64,000 bases of DNA from the sequence record MT129654.1. One strand, given 5' to 3'. Shown here one piece after another: positions 52,253 to 60,475 of this stretch (its first letter is position 1; every line of letters starts with the position of its first letter). Under the pieces are notes generated by a model. That model saw nothing but the letters and a program-made list of their open reading frames with translations, searched no databases and was not told the DNA's origin. A program made the position numbers and the translations under genes. This stretch comes from Escherichia phage MN04.

Positions 52253-52711
52253 ATGTCAGAAATTAATTCAGAAGTATTCATCCGCCGCAACAAATTACGT
52301 CGTCAGTTCGAAACCGAATTTCGTGAACTTAACGCGTCCATCAAAAAAGCCGCCATCAAGAGCGGTGTCCCAGCTTTCTTTATTAAGTACTCTAATCACT
52401 TGTTGGACCGTGCTATCCAACGTGAAATTGACGAAAAATATGTTTTCTCTTTGTTCAAGAAGCTCCATAATCATGTTAAAGAAATCCATGAATTTTTAAT
52501 CCAGGAGCCTCTTCCTGACATAGAATCTGAAATTGTCCCAGGTAAAGTGTATCGTCCACTGCGTCTCGAGATTACCGATAAAACCTTATGGTTGGGTATG
52601 ACCGTAGATCGTAAACATCCTGATAAAGGATATTCATTAAAATGTCGTATGGCATTTGTTAACTCTAAACGTTTAGAAGGTAAAACCAGCACGAAAGTAA
52701 TCTATCTTTAA
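52253..52711 (+). CDS. regB: RegB-like endoribonuclease (tentative)
   Basis: 152 aa (T4 RegB 153); early promoter; position between ip genes and tk; assignment by size and synteny, not confirmed alignment. Confidence 0.45.
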   Translation: MSEINSEVFIRRNKLRRQFETEFRELNASIKKAAIKSGVPAFFIKYSNHLLDRAIQREIDEKYVFSLFKKLHNHVKEIHEFLIQEPLPDIESEIVPGKVYRPLRLEITDKTLWLGMTVDRKHPDKGYSLKCRMAFVNSKRLEGKTSTKVIYL

Positions 52712-52723
52712 TAATGAGGTCTC

Positions 52724-53263
52724 ATGAAAAAAGTATTAGCCACTTTACTATTGACAGTTAGTATGTCTGCCTATAGCGTAGAGCCTACTTTCAGTAATGA
52801 ACAACTCGATAATTTACATTATGCGTATGCTTTCGGTGAACAATACCAAAAGTCGGGAAAGTTCAAAGAAAACCCTAATCAAAAAGGATTAGGATATATA
52901 ATGGCCGGATTATTATGGCAGGAATCATCTGCTGGAATTAATCAAGGTTTAAATAAAGATAAGCACCATGCTTATGGCATGTTCCAAAATTACTTGCCTA
53001 CGTTAAGAAGTCGTGTTCAACAGGTAGGTTGGAAGATGTCAGACAAAGAAATAATTCGTATGGTCCAAAAACGACAGAACAGTGCCTCTTGGGCCTACAT
53101 TGAGCTGTCTTATTGGATTAATGTTCACAAAGGTGACCTGAGAAAAGCGATTGCTTCTTATAATGCGGGCTGGAATGTCAAAGCAGGCAGTAAATATGCT
53201 TCCGAAGTTCTAGAAAAGGCCAATTACCTAAAATCTAAAAAGATGTTTGAGGCGGTATATTAA
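52724..53263 (+). CDS. Secreted lytic transglycosylase-like protein (SLT family motifs)
   Basis: Signal peptide MKKVLATLLLTVSMSAYS; motifs 'WQESS', 'AYGMFQ', 'ASYNAGWN' resembling SLT E-S / GLMQ / AYNAG. Confidence 0.6.
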   Translation: MKKVLATLLLTVSMSAYSVEPTFSNEQLDNLHYAYAFGEQYQKSGKFKENPNQKGLGYIMAGLLWQESSAGINQGLNKDKHHAYGMFQNYLPTLRSRVQQVGWKMSDKEIIRMVQKRQNSASWAYIELSYWINVHKGDLRKAIASYNAGWNVKAGSKYASEVLEKANYLKSKKMFEAVY

Positions 53264-53620
53264 ATGATTAAACAGATGACTATAGCGCTTATGTTGATTG
53301 CTCCGGGAGTATTAGCATCACAGGTTGATGATACAAATAATTCAATTGTCGAGTATGCCACCCGTACAGCAAAAGATTATTGTCATCCAAGTAATACTGA
53401 ATGTGTTATTGAATTCAGTTCAAAAATAACAGCTGCTTTTAAAGATGGGCAGAACGACGTCGAGCATCGCCGAATGAAAGAGAAAACTCTTTCTAAAAGA
53501 TACGAGCAACGTCTAAACGTTACTGAATGTGTTCCGTCTGATAAAAAGTACAAAGAAATGTGCGCGTCTATGGTAGACAGACTCGTTGACTCTTACAACC
53601 GAGGGCTAAACTCTAAATGA
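53264..53620 (+). CDS. Secreted Cys-containing small protein (hypothetical)
   Basis: Signal peptide MIKQMTIALMLIAPGVLAS; four Cys; 118 aa. Confidence 0.5.
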   Translation: MIKQMTIALMLIAPGVLASQVDDTNNSIVEYATRTAKDYCHPSNTECVIEFSSKITAAFKDGQNDVEHRRMKEKTLSKRYEQRLNVTECVPSDKKYKEMCASMVDRLVDSYNRGLNSK

Positions 53621-54096
53621 TTATTGATTATATTAAGGGCGATATCGTCGCCCTGTTTCTCCAAGGTAATATTATTGCACATGGGTGTAACTGCTTTCAC
53701 ACAATGGGTTCAGGTGTAGCGGGTCAATTAGCAAGAGCTTATCCTAAAATTTTAGAAATTGATAAGACTACTACCGAATACGGCTCTCGTGATAAATTAG
53801 GTGATATGTCTATTGTTTTTAAACATAAGCCTAATGGATTTGCAATGTGCTATAATTTATACACCCAATACGAACCAGGCCCTAATCTTGATTACGGTGC
53901 TTTAGTAAACTGTATGATAGAATTAAATCTACAAGCAAATGACCTTTTGTTTAAACCAAGAATTTATATTCCTCGTATAGGTTGTGGTATTGCTGGTGGC
54001 GATTGGGACAAGGTTTCTCAATTAATTGATATGTTTACCCCTGATATTGATTTAATAGTGGTGGATTATGAAAGCACATTACCCACATCCGTTTGA
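53617..54096 (+). CDS. Macro-domain-like protein (putative ADP-ribose binding/processing)
   Basis: 159 aa; 'GDIVAL...NIIAHGCNCFHTMGSGVAGQLARAY' and 'IPRIGCGIAGGDWDKV' resemble macro-domain Gly-rich motifs. Confidence 0.55.
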   Translation: MIIDYIKGDIVALFLQGNIIAHGCNCFHTMGSGVAGQLARAYPKILEIDKTTTEYGSRDKLGDMSIVFKHKPNGFAMCYNLYTQYEPGPNLDYGALVNCMIELNLQANDLLFKPRIYIPRIGCGIAGGDWDKVSQLIDMFTPDIDLIVVDYESTLPTSV

Positions 54097-54280
54097 CCCT
54101 AAAAACAAAGCGGAAATTATTCGGAGTTGGACCGAAACCCGAGTAACTAAATGCCCTATAAAAAGTCAGCATAACACCGATAAATGGTATATTGGTGAAT
54201 ACGTTGAATATACTTTTATAGATAAAAATAAACGTAAACAGCATGTAGAAGAATATTGCTTAAAGGTGCAATGGTTATGA
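54068..54280 (+). CDS. Hypothetical protein
   Basis: 70 aa; overlaps upstream gene by 29 nt. Confidence 0.4.
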   Translation: MKAHYPHPFDPKNKAEIIRSWTETRVTKCPIKSQHNTDKWYIGEYVEYTFIDKNKRKQHVEEYCLKVQWL

Positions 54281-54483
54281 GCCAAGCCCGAATTCTTAAA
54301 ACGGCTAAATGTGAAAAATGTGAATGGCCGGTAATCGCAGCTTTATGCAACGATGAAATGGAATGTGAATTTGATTACTGGTGGTACTGTTCTAATAAAG
54401 GATGTTCTAATCATAAGGGTGAAGGTTTTCATTCTGGTTATTGCGAACATCCTAAATTTGTGCGATATGGTGAACCTAAATGA
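54271..54483 (+). CDS. Cys-rich small protein (putative zinc-binding)
   Basis: ATG 54271; 9 Cys including CEKCEW and CSNKGC. Confidence 0.4.
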   Translation: MVMSQARILKTAKCEKCEWPVIAALCNDEMECEFDYWWYCSNKGCSNHKGEGFHSGYCEHPKFVRYGEPK

Positions 54484-54665
54484 GTTTAAGTATTAGTCAG
54501 AAAAGTAGATTGTTTGAGCTTATTCATGAGCTTTTGGATGAACATACCGAAGCAAACGCTTTTTACGATGAATATGGCCCGCTATCCCCCGAACAGCAAG
54601 AAGAATTTGCTGATCGGTTTGATGAGAAAGAAAACGAATTAATTGCTTATGTGAATACGCTTTAA
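54480..54665 (+). CDS. Hypothetical acidic protein
   Basis: 61 aa; ATGA overlap. Confidence 0.4.
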   Translation: MSLSISQKSRLFELIHELLDEHTEANAFYDEYGPLSPEQQEEFADRFDEKENELIAYVNTL

Positions 54666-54674
54666 GAAGGTAAT

Positions 54675-55247
54675 ATGGCTCAACTTTATTTTCATTATGC
54701 GGCAATGAACTCAGGTAAGACCGCTTCATTGCTAACGGCCGCTCATAACTACAAAGAACGCGGTATGGGCGTGCTCCTTTTAAAGCCTGCGATAGACAAT
54801 AGAGAATCAAGCCATACCATTTCGTCTCGTATAGGGATTAGTCAAGAGGCCAATGCGGTGACTCCGGATATGGACCTATACGAGTTCTATCGTTGGGCTG
54901 AATCTCAAAAAGATATCCACTGTGTGTTTGTGGATGAAGCACAGTTCTTAGAACCTGCACAGATAAAACAACTGGCAAAGATAGTAGACAATTATAATGT
55001 TCCGGTTATGTGTTACGGGCTAAGAACTGATTTTCAGGGTAAACTGTTTCCTGGTTCTGCTGAATTACTCGCTACGGCAGATAAACTCGTTGAGTACAAA
55101 GGTGTGTGCCATTGCGGCCGTAAAGCTACTATGACTGCTAGGGTCCAAGATGGTGTCGCAATTAAGGACGGAGCCCAAGTTTCTATAGGTGGCAACGATT
55201 CTTACGTGTCATTGTGCAGGAAGCACTGGATAGAAATAACGAGTTGA
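54675..55247 (+). CDS. tk: Thymidine kinase
   Basis: 190 aa; 'YAAMNSGKTASLLTAAHNYKERGM' P-loop; 'VFVDEAQF'; C-terminal Cys zinc ribbon. Confidence 0.9.
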   Translation: MAQLYFHYAAMNSGKTASLLTAAHNYKERGMGVLLLKPAIDNRESSHTISSRIGISQEANAVTPDMDLYEFYRWAESQKDIHCVFVDEAQFLEPAQIKQLAKIVDNYNVPVMCYGLRTDFQGKLFPGSAELLATADKLVEYKGVCHCGRKATMTARVQDGVAIKDGAQVSIGGNDSYVSLCRKHWIEITS

Positions 55248-55254
55248 GGGTACT

Positions 55255-55533
55255 ATGGACCTAAATTCAAAGATTTTAATTCTAGCGTTCGCTGTGGCCA
55301 TCTCTTATATTGTTCTTTTGCCCATCATGGATGATGCGGCTTACAAAAGAGAGATAGAAGTTGTAGCAGCGACGTATAATGCTAATAATAAAGAATGTCC
55401 TAATAAAAATGGAATGGATTTAATTAAAGCGCATTATATGCTTTCCATTACCTCGCCTATACAGAGGAATTGGGTTGAATATAATTTTAACGACGTGTTC
55501 TATTCTTATTGTCGTAAGCTTAAAAAGCTATAA
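55255..55533 (+). CDS. Small membrane protein (hypothetical)
   Basis: 92 aa; N-terminal TM helix. Confidence 0.45.
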   Translation: MDLNSKILILAFAVAISYIVLLPIMDDAAYKREIEVVAATYNANNKECPNKNGMDLIKAHYMLSITSPIQRNWVEYNFNDVFYSYCRKLKKL

Positions 55534-55626
55534 ATAGTAATACTAACCGTAGAGCTTTAGCTTTTGGTAATCGCTATCGGTTAAGGCCGAAAGGCAAATT
55601 CGTATAAAATAACAAAGGACTTTTGT

Positions 55627-55920
55627 ATGGGTATTTTCCGTACAGTGGCTTGTATCCTTATGATTGGATGTTTAAGCCCAACATCTTCACTAGCAAACAA
55701 ATCCGACCCTAAATTGATGGACGCCTTTGCTAGTAGTGCGATGCCAGTTTATGCGCAAATGAGTAAACCTAGTGTAAAGGCCTCCGAAGACTACTGGGCT
55801 TATGTAACTGCTTCTTGGAAAATTTCAAATTGCAATACAATAGAGTCTTGCTCGATTGAAGGTCGGGCTATCGGAGAACGATACGCTAAACTAATGAAGG
55901 TAGATGATGAAATTCAATGA
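55627..55920 (+). CDS. Secreted protein or lipoprotein (hypothetical)
   Basis: Signal peptide MGIFRTVACILMIGCLSPTSSLA with lipobox-like LMIGC. Confidence 0.5.
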   Translation: MGIFRTVACILMIGCLSPTSSLANKSDPKLMDAFASSAMPVYAQMSKPSVKASEDYWAYVTASWKISNCNTIESCSIEGRAIGERYAKLMKVDDEIQ

Positions 55921-56290
55921 TTTCGTACTTAGTCGAGGGACTGAAGTAGATTCTTATATTGGTTGGCTGTTGGTTTCTTTAGCCTATTTTAAGTCAGCCC
56001 ATTTGGAAACCAAAAGCTATGCAAGACACAAAGCATATGACTTCTATTATACAGAAGTTCAAGGACCACTAGACCAGTTCAGTGAACAGTATTTAGGATT
56101 TAGTGGCAAAGAATATAAAGCATCACTACCATCTGCTTCAGAACTGCCTAAAGACCCCATAGATTTTCTTGATGAACTTATTAAAGCGTCTGATAAAATC
56201 TACAAAAATCTTCCTAAGGCCATCCAATCGACTTTGGACGACATCACTGGTGTCTTTTACCAGACTAAGTATTTGTTAACGTTAGAATAA
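55904..56290 (+). CDS. Hypothetical protein
   Basis: 128 aa; followed by strong terminator. Confidence 0.45.
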   Translation: MMKFNDFVLSRGTEVDSYIGWLLVSLAYFKSAHLETKSYARHKAYDFYYTEVQGPLDQFSEQYLGFSGKEYKASLPSASELPKDPIDFLDELIKASDKIYKNLPKAIQSTLDDITGVFYQTKYLLTLE

Positions 56291-56295
56291 TCAAA

Positions 56296-56322
56296 GGTCT
56301 CACTTCGGTGGGACCTTTTTTC
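56296..56322 (+). terminator. Rho-independent terminator (GGTCTCAC-TTCG-GTGGGACC then TTTTTT)
   Basis: 8-bp stem plus T6 right after stop 56290. Confidence 0.65.
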
Positions 56323-56330
56323 GTTTTAGT

Positions 56331-56371
56331 GTTTACATCCTCTAGGAACGTGATACTATAGACCTATCAAC
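56331..56371 (+). promoter_or_regulatory. Early promoter module
   Basis: GTTTACA ... GTGATACTATAGACCTATCAACTA. Confidence 0.6.
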
Positions 56372-56387
56372 TAATGAGGAGAACAGT

Positions 56388-56624
56388 ATGAAACTTACAA
56401 GTACTACGGTTTCATTGGAATATGAAATCAATAACCGCCTCCTTGAGATTAAGATATTCGACGACCGAAGTATCTTTGCTGACTACCGAGGGTACAGAAT
56501 TCGTCTAGAAAAGGACGAGCTCAAGGAACCATGGCTCCTTAAAGACACATTAAAGGGTTGTGGGTGTAAGCTGAAGACCACTCAAGCCCAAGAATTAATT
56601 TCTACTATCAACAAATACTGGTGA
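56388..56624 (+). CDS. Hypothetical protein
   Basis: 78 aa; GAGGAG RBS. Confidence 0.45.
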   Translation: MKLTSTTVSLEYEINNRLLEIKIFDDRSIFADYRGYRIRLEKDELKEPWLLKDTLKGCGCKLKTTQAQELISTINKYW

Positions 56625-56628
56625 TATT

Positions 56629-56811
56629 ATGTTAACTACCGAACAGATTGAGAAAATTATCAAACTCGCCCAGCATATTGAAAACGCATCCAATGACCTA
56701 GCTGTTGAATATTGCGAAGGTTATTCATATTCCGGAATAGAGCAGTGTAAACGAGATTTGGCTAACTCTAAAGCAGCCTTGGCTGAGTATCTTAATGAGT
56801 TGAAAGCATAA
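56629..56811 (+). CDS. Hypothetical protein
   Basis: 60 aa. Confidence 0.4.
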   Translation: MLTTEQIEKIIKLAQHIENASNDLAVEYCEGYSYSGIEQCKRDLANSKAALAEYLNELKA

Positions 56812-57068
56812 TGGCCGTTGGATTTGCTAAGGACGGAGCCGAACAGCTCGAAATGGAAGCGGTCGTTCAGGCCGCTATAGTACACGCCCGTAAGCAAGTA
56901 GCAGTTGAACGTGAATCGGCTAAATATTGTTTTGATTGCGATGAAGAGATTCCTGAAGCACGACGTCAAGCTATCAAAGGTGTGATATATTGTATAGGTT
57001 GTCAGTCAATGCATGATGAAATTTTTAAACGTGAGCCACGTAACTGTTGGCACAGGAGCATGAGATGA
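56811..57068 (+). CDS. TraR/DksA-type C4 zinc-finger protein
   Basis: CFDC-x17-CIGC (CxxC-x17-CxxC) spacing typical of the DksA/TraR family. Confidence 0.55.
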   Translation: MAVGFAKDGAEQLEMEAVVQAAIVHARKQVAVERESAKYCFDCDEEIPEARRQAIKGVIYCIGCQSMHDEIFKREPRNCWHRSMR

Positions 57069-57160
57069 TTTACTATCTTGAACCTTGGGCTTGGCTTACA
57101 ATGCTTATTGGTCCAGTTTTAATAGGTTTATTCTTTTCATGGCTAGCGAGGAAACTGTAA
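57065..57160 (+). CDS. Hydrophobic micro-peptide (31 aa), tentative
   Basis: MIYYLEPWAWLTMLIGPVLIGLFFSWLARKL; overlap-coupled on both sides (ATGA / TAATG). Confidence 0.3.
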   Translation: MIYYLEPWAWLTMLIGPVLIGLFFSWLARKL

Positions 57161-57357
57161 TGTTATACGACCCAAGTGGTAATTCTGAAGACGGTATTAT
57201 TGTCCTTTTGGCAGATGTTGAAGAGTCTGACGATGACATTTTTGTTAAAGATTGGGAAGAAAAAGGCGGAATCACAATCCAGCAAGAAAATGATATGATT
57301 TGTCTGAATGCAAGCCAAGTCGAAGAACTTTATAGTATTTTAAAACATAACCGTTGA
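57160..57357 (+). CDS. Hypothetical acidic protein
   Basis: ATG 57160 (track start 57085 is a TTG-initiated extension); 65 aa. Confidence 0.4.
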   Translation: MLYDPSGNSEDGIIVLLADVEESDDDIFVKDWEEKGGITIQQENDMICLNASQVEELYSILKHNR

Positions 57358-57367
57358 GGAACAGAAA

Positions 57368-57928
57368 ATGATTATTGAAACAACTGAATTGTTTGGTGAA
57401 CTGACCGCTGAAGTAGTTGATAATGCAATTGTGCTTTCACAAGAAGACGATAAAATCGTACTAACTATCCAAGATATTAAACCACTTTATGATTTAAAGG
57501 TTTTGGATAAAGATGGGTATCTTGATGGACGCCATAGAGCATCGTTTGATATTAACGACGATGTATGGGCCCAGATTTATAAAAATGAAGACGGGTTTAA
57601 TATCGAAACTGATACGGAATGTCTAAGCATTAGGAATTCTAGTAATTTCTTTAAATGTATTTTTAAACTGTTCCAGGAAGAATGCAAGCCTGAAGTTGAA
57701 TGGAAAGTTCCAGGTCAAGATGCGGTGATTCGTTCTAGTGAAACATTCGAAGGTGATGAAGAAGAACTGGATTATGATACCGAATTATCCGTGTATCAAC
57801 ACCAGGGTCGTGATTTGCTATCCTTGACCCAAAGACACGACGGTGAAAATGAAGTGGTATTTACTAAAGACGAGCTAAAAGTTTTAGTCTCTTATCTGAA
57901 CTCTGTTATCCCAACTATGAACCCTTAA
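57368..57928 (+). CDS. Hypothetical acidic protein
   Basis: 186 aa. Confidence 0.5.
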   Translation: MIIETTELFGELTAEVVDNAIVLSQEDDKIVLTIQDIKPLYDLKVLDKDGYLDGRHRASFDINDDVWAQIYKNEDGFNIETDTECLSIRNSSNFFKCIFKLFQEECKPEVEWKVPGQDAVIRSSETFEGDEEELDYDTELSVYQHQGRDLLSLTQRHDGENEVVFTKDELKVLVSYLNSVIPTMNP

Positions 57929-57938
57929 GGAAAATATT

Positions 57939-58391
57939 ATGATTATCAATTCAAACTCTTGGCACGTTAAATTACACGACCGTTTTTATGACCGTCATTC
58001 TCGACCGCACTCTTTGTGTGCTTATTTCTGGAAAATGGTTTGGGCTTGTTTTGCTTGTGCCATTGTTGCAGGTAGTACGCTTTTTGGATTAACTGTTGCA
58101 GGCGCTGGTGTATTAGAGCATTTCTTTGTATTAAGTACTCCCGTTCTGTTGAGTCTAGGGTTTGTTTTAGGGTTGATTGCAATAGCTCTTATTATTGCTC
58201 TATCCATTGGTTTGGCATTAGGTGCGATGAATTTACACGCGTGGTATGATGCACGTAGAGAAGAAAAGGAATGGCAACGTATTCAAGCTGAGCGTGAAGG
58301 CCGAGAAACTAAAGAAAATATCGTCGTCCAATACATTAAAGCTCGTAAATCTAAGATGTGTCCTGTAATCCACTTCGAGAACAAAGAATGA
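57939..58391 (+). CDS. Membrane protein (hypothetical)
   Basis: 150 aa; two long TM segments. Confidence 0.5.
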   Translation: MIINSNSWHVKLHDRFYDRHSRPHSLCAYFWKMVWACFACAIVAGSTLFGLTVAGAGVLEHFFVLSTPVLLSLGFVLGLIAIALIIALSIGLALGAMNLHAWYDARREEKEWQRIQAEREGRETKENIVVQYIKARKSKMCPVIHFENKE

Positions 58392-59398
58392 GAACTGTTA
58401 TGAAAGGCTACTTCGGTAGCCACCTTTATGGAACAAGTACTCCGGAATCTGATGTCGATTTTAAAGAAATCTTTGTTCCACATCCGCGTGATATTCTGTT
58501 AGGTACGGCTATGAACCATACCAACCTGAACACGAATAACACTGCTTCCAAAAACACTAAAGATGATGTTGACCATGAGCTTTATAGTCTGAAATATTTC
58601 TTTAAACTGGCTGCTGAAGGCGAAACCGTTGCTCTGGATATGCTCCACACTCCGCCTGAAATGGTGGTTAAATCTGATTTACCTGATGTATGGAAATTTA
58701 TCCAAGACAACCGTTCTCGGTTCTATACAACCAACATGAAAGCCTATTTAGGGTACGTCCGTAAGCAAGCTTCTAAATATGGTGTTAAGGGTTCTCGACT
58801 GGCTGCTCTGCGTGGTGTACTGGCTATTGTTAACCAGATTCCTGAACAATGGGTCGATTATCAAGAAGACGGTTCGACTAAGCAACGTCGCACTAAGGTA
58901 GAAGATATCAAACATCGACTCCCTGAAAATGAGTTCTGTGAATGGGTATTCCATAACCATGAGAAAACAGGACCTCAAACGTTCTATACTGTTCTCGGAC
59001 GTAAGTACCAAACCACTTTGTCATTAATCGAGCTCAAGCAATCTCTGAATAAGCTCGATGCGGAATATGGTGAACGCGCTCGTAAAGCTGAAGCTAACGA
59101 AGGTATTGACTGGAAAGCTCTGAGCCATGCTTATCGTGCTGGTTATCAGTTGAAGGAAATCTATCAAACTGGTGACCTCCAATATCCTTTACGTACAGCA
59201 CCGTTTATCCTTGAAATCAAACAAGGGCTTCATGCTTTTAAAGATGTACAGGCCGAACTTGAAGCTATCGTTGATGAAGTCGAAACCAATGCTATCTGGG
59301 CCGCTAAGAACGGCATGCCTGAGAAGGTAGACATGAAGTTCTGGGACAAGTTCGTTGAAGAGGTGTACCTTGACAACCACAACGCTTATTACCGCTAA
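58388..59398 (+). CDS. Nucleotidyltransferase-fold protein (hypothetical)
   Basis: ATG 58388 (ATGA overlap; alt 58400); 'GYFGSHLYGTSTPESDVDF' = GS-x11-DxD NTase signature, downstream third Asp (ALDMLH). Confidence 0.55.
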   Translation: MRTVMKGYFGSHLYGTSTPESDVDFKEIFVPHPRDILLGTAMNHTNLNTNNTASKNTKDDVDHELYSLKYFFKLAAEGETVALDMLHTPPEMVVKSDLPDVWKFIQDNRSRFYTTNMKAYLGYVRKQASKYGVKGSRLAALRGVLAIVNQIPEQWVDYQEDGSTKQRRTKVEDIKHRLPENEFCEWVFHNHEKTGPQTFYTVLGRKYQTTLSLIELKQSLNKLDAEYGERARKAEANEGIDWKALSHAYRAGYQLKEIYQTGDLQYPLRTAPFILEIKQGLHAFKDVQAELEAIVDEVETNAIWAAKNGMPEKVDMKFWDKFVEEVYLDNHNAYYR

Positions 59399-59594
59399 AG
59401 AAGAAATTAACGTCTTTCTATCGTATGGAAGACCTCATAAAACTCGACGTTGGTATCTTGAAGCTGTCTGTAAAGAAACCGGACGTCGAGTCAATGTCAA
59501 ATACGTATGTAAACCGTCTCCCAAACAAACTCGCAGGTTTGTTAACTGGGCTATCAATACTATAAGATTCCATAATTTTTGGAGTGCAATATAA
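59355..59594 (+). CDS. Small basic ORF, questionable
   Basis: TTG-initiated, overlaps 3' end of upstream gene; terminator follows directly. Confidence 0.25.
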   Translation: MKRCTLTTTTLITAKEEINVFLSYGRPHKTRRWYLEAVCKETGRRVNVKYVCKPSPKQTRRFVNWAINTIRFHNFWSAI

Positions 59595-59616
59595 GGGCCG
59601 TATGGCCCTTTTTTTG
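59595..59616. terminator. Bidirectional terminator (GGGCC-GTAT-GGCCC then T7)
   Basis: Separates plus-strand early unit from convergent minus-strand collagen-like gene. Confidence 0.65.
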
Positions 59617-59617
59617 T

Positions 59618-60373
59618 TTACGAAGTCACTGTTTGTTCGGCTACTAACAATGCAGAGGTTATTGTAAAGTTGCCGCCATTTGGCGTAACAGTTATAGCTG
59701 TACCATTGGTTGCCATTGGCCCATCTTTATCAATGCTAAAGAACGTCGTAAAAGACAAAATATCTGTAGCATTTTCTGGACGGTTCTGTATATAGGAGTT
59801 TCCGTTGGTTCCAACGAAATTTAATGTTATACTTCGAGCTTGCGAGACTCCTGTAAAATTACCAATAAGGTTGAGTTTAAACATTAGGCTTCTGTCTTGC
59901 TTATATGGCCACATCTTATCATCAGCGGTTCTAAAAAACGGAGATAGAGTCCCTGCTGTCGGCGGAATCCCCTTTAAAATACTAATTATGTTTGAAGCCG
60001 CACCATTAGTTAATAGAACGTTTATACCACTCCAAAACACTTCTGATTTTCTTCTCTTTCCTGCTGTTGCAGTCAAAAAATCATCTACTGTTCCACTATT
60101 ACCCTCATCAATCCATAATTGGTATGAAGACTTTCCTGGTTCACCTTGAACTCCCGGGTCGCCAGGATTTCCCGGGTCACCTTTATCACCTTTTTGTCCA
60201 GGAGGTCCTGGAATCTGGGTAACTGATTTTGACATCGTTTGAAAGAACCGTTCGCTGTTATCAGTTACGGTATTAGGAAGGACTACCGTTGAACCAAAAA
60301 GATGCCAGTTATCGTCTAATGCTAACTGGACCTTCTCGTTCAATTCATCGATGGTTTTTGCTGATAAAATCAT
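59618..60373 (-). CDS. Collagen-like repeat protein (putative virion fiber or decoration protein), late gene
   Basis: 251 aa; G-X-Y run 'GPPGQKGDKGDPGNPGDPGVQGEPG'; late promoter TATAAATA plus AAGGAG RBS upstream. Confidence 0.65.
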   Translation of the reverse strand: MILSAKTIDELNEKVQLALDDNWHLFGSTVVLPNTVTDNSERFFQTMSKSVTQIPGPPGQKGDKGDPGNPGDPGVQGEPGKSSYQLWIDEGNSGTVDDFLTATAGKRRKSEVFWSGINVLLTNGAASNIISILKGIPPTAGTLSPFFRTADDKMWPYKQDRSLMFKLNLIGNFTGVSQARSITLNFVGTNGNSYIQNRPENATDILSFTTFFSIDKDGPMATNGTAITVTPNGGNFTITSALLVAEQTVTS

Positions 60374-60395
60374 AAACCTTCTCCTTTAAATAAAA

Positions 60396-60403
60396 TATTT
60401 ATA
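60396..60403 (-). promoter_or_regulatory. Late promoter TATAAATA for collagen-like gene
   Basis: TATAAATA on minus strand about 23 nt upstream of ATG 60373. Confidence 0.55.
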
Positions 60404-60409
60404 AAAGTA

Positions 60410-60450
60410 GTTTACACTTTCGTAGAGCATGTTATTATGGACCTATCAAA
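60410..60450 (+). promoter_or_regulatory. Early promoter module
   Basis: GTTTACA ... TGTTATTATGGACCTATCAAATC. Confidence 0.55.
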
Positions 60451-60475
60451 TCTACTGAGTGAAACGGAGAATATA

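Noticed and set aside
59355-59594. 79-aa basic ORF as a confident gene
   Set aside because: TTG-initiated and overlaps the 3' end of the upstream gene in another frame with no RBS; kept only as low-confidence feature
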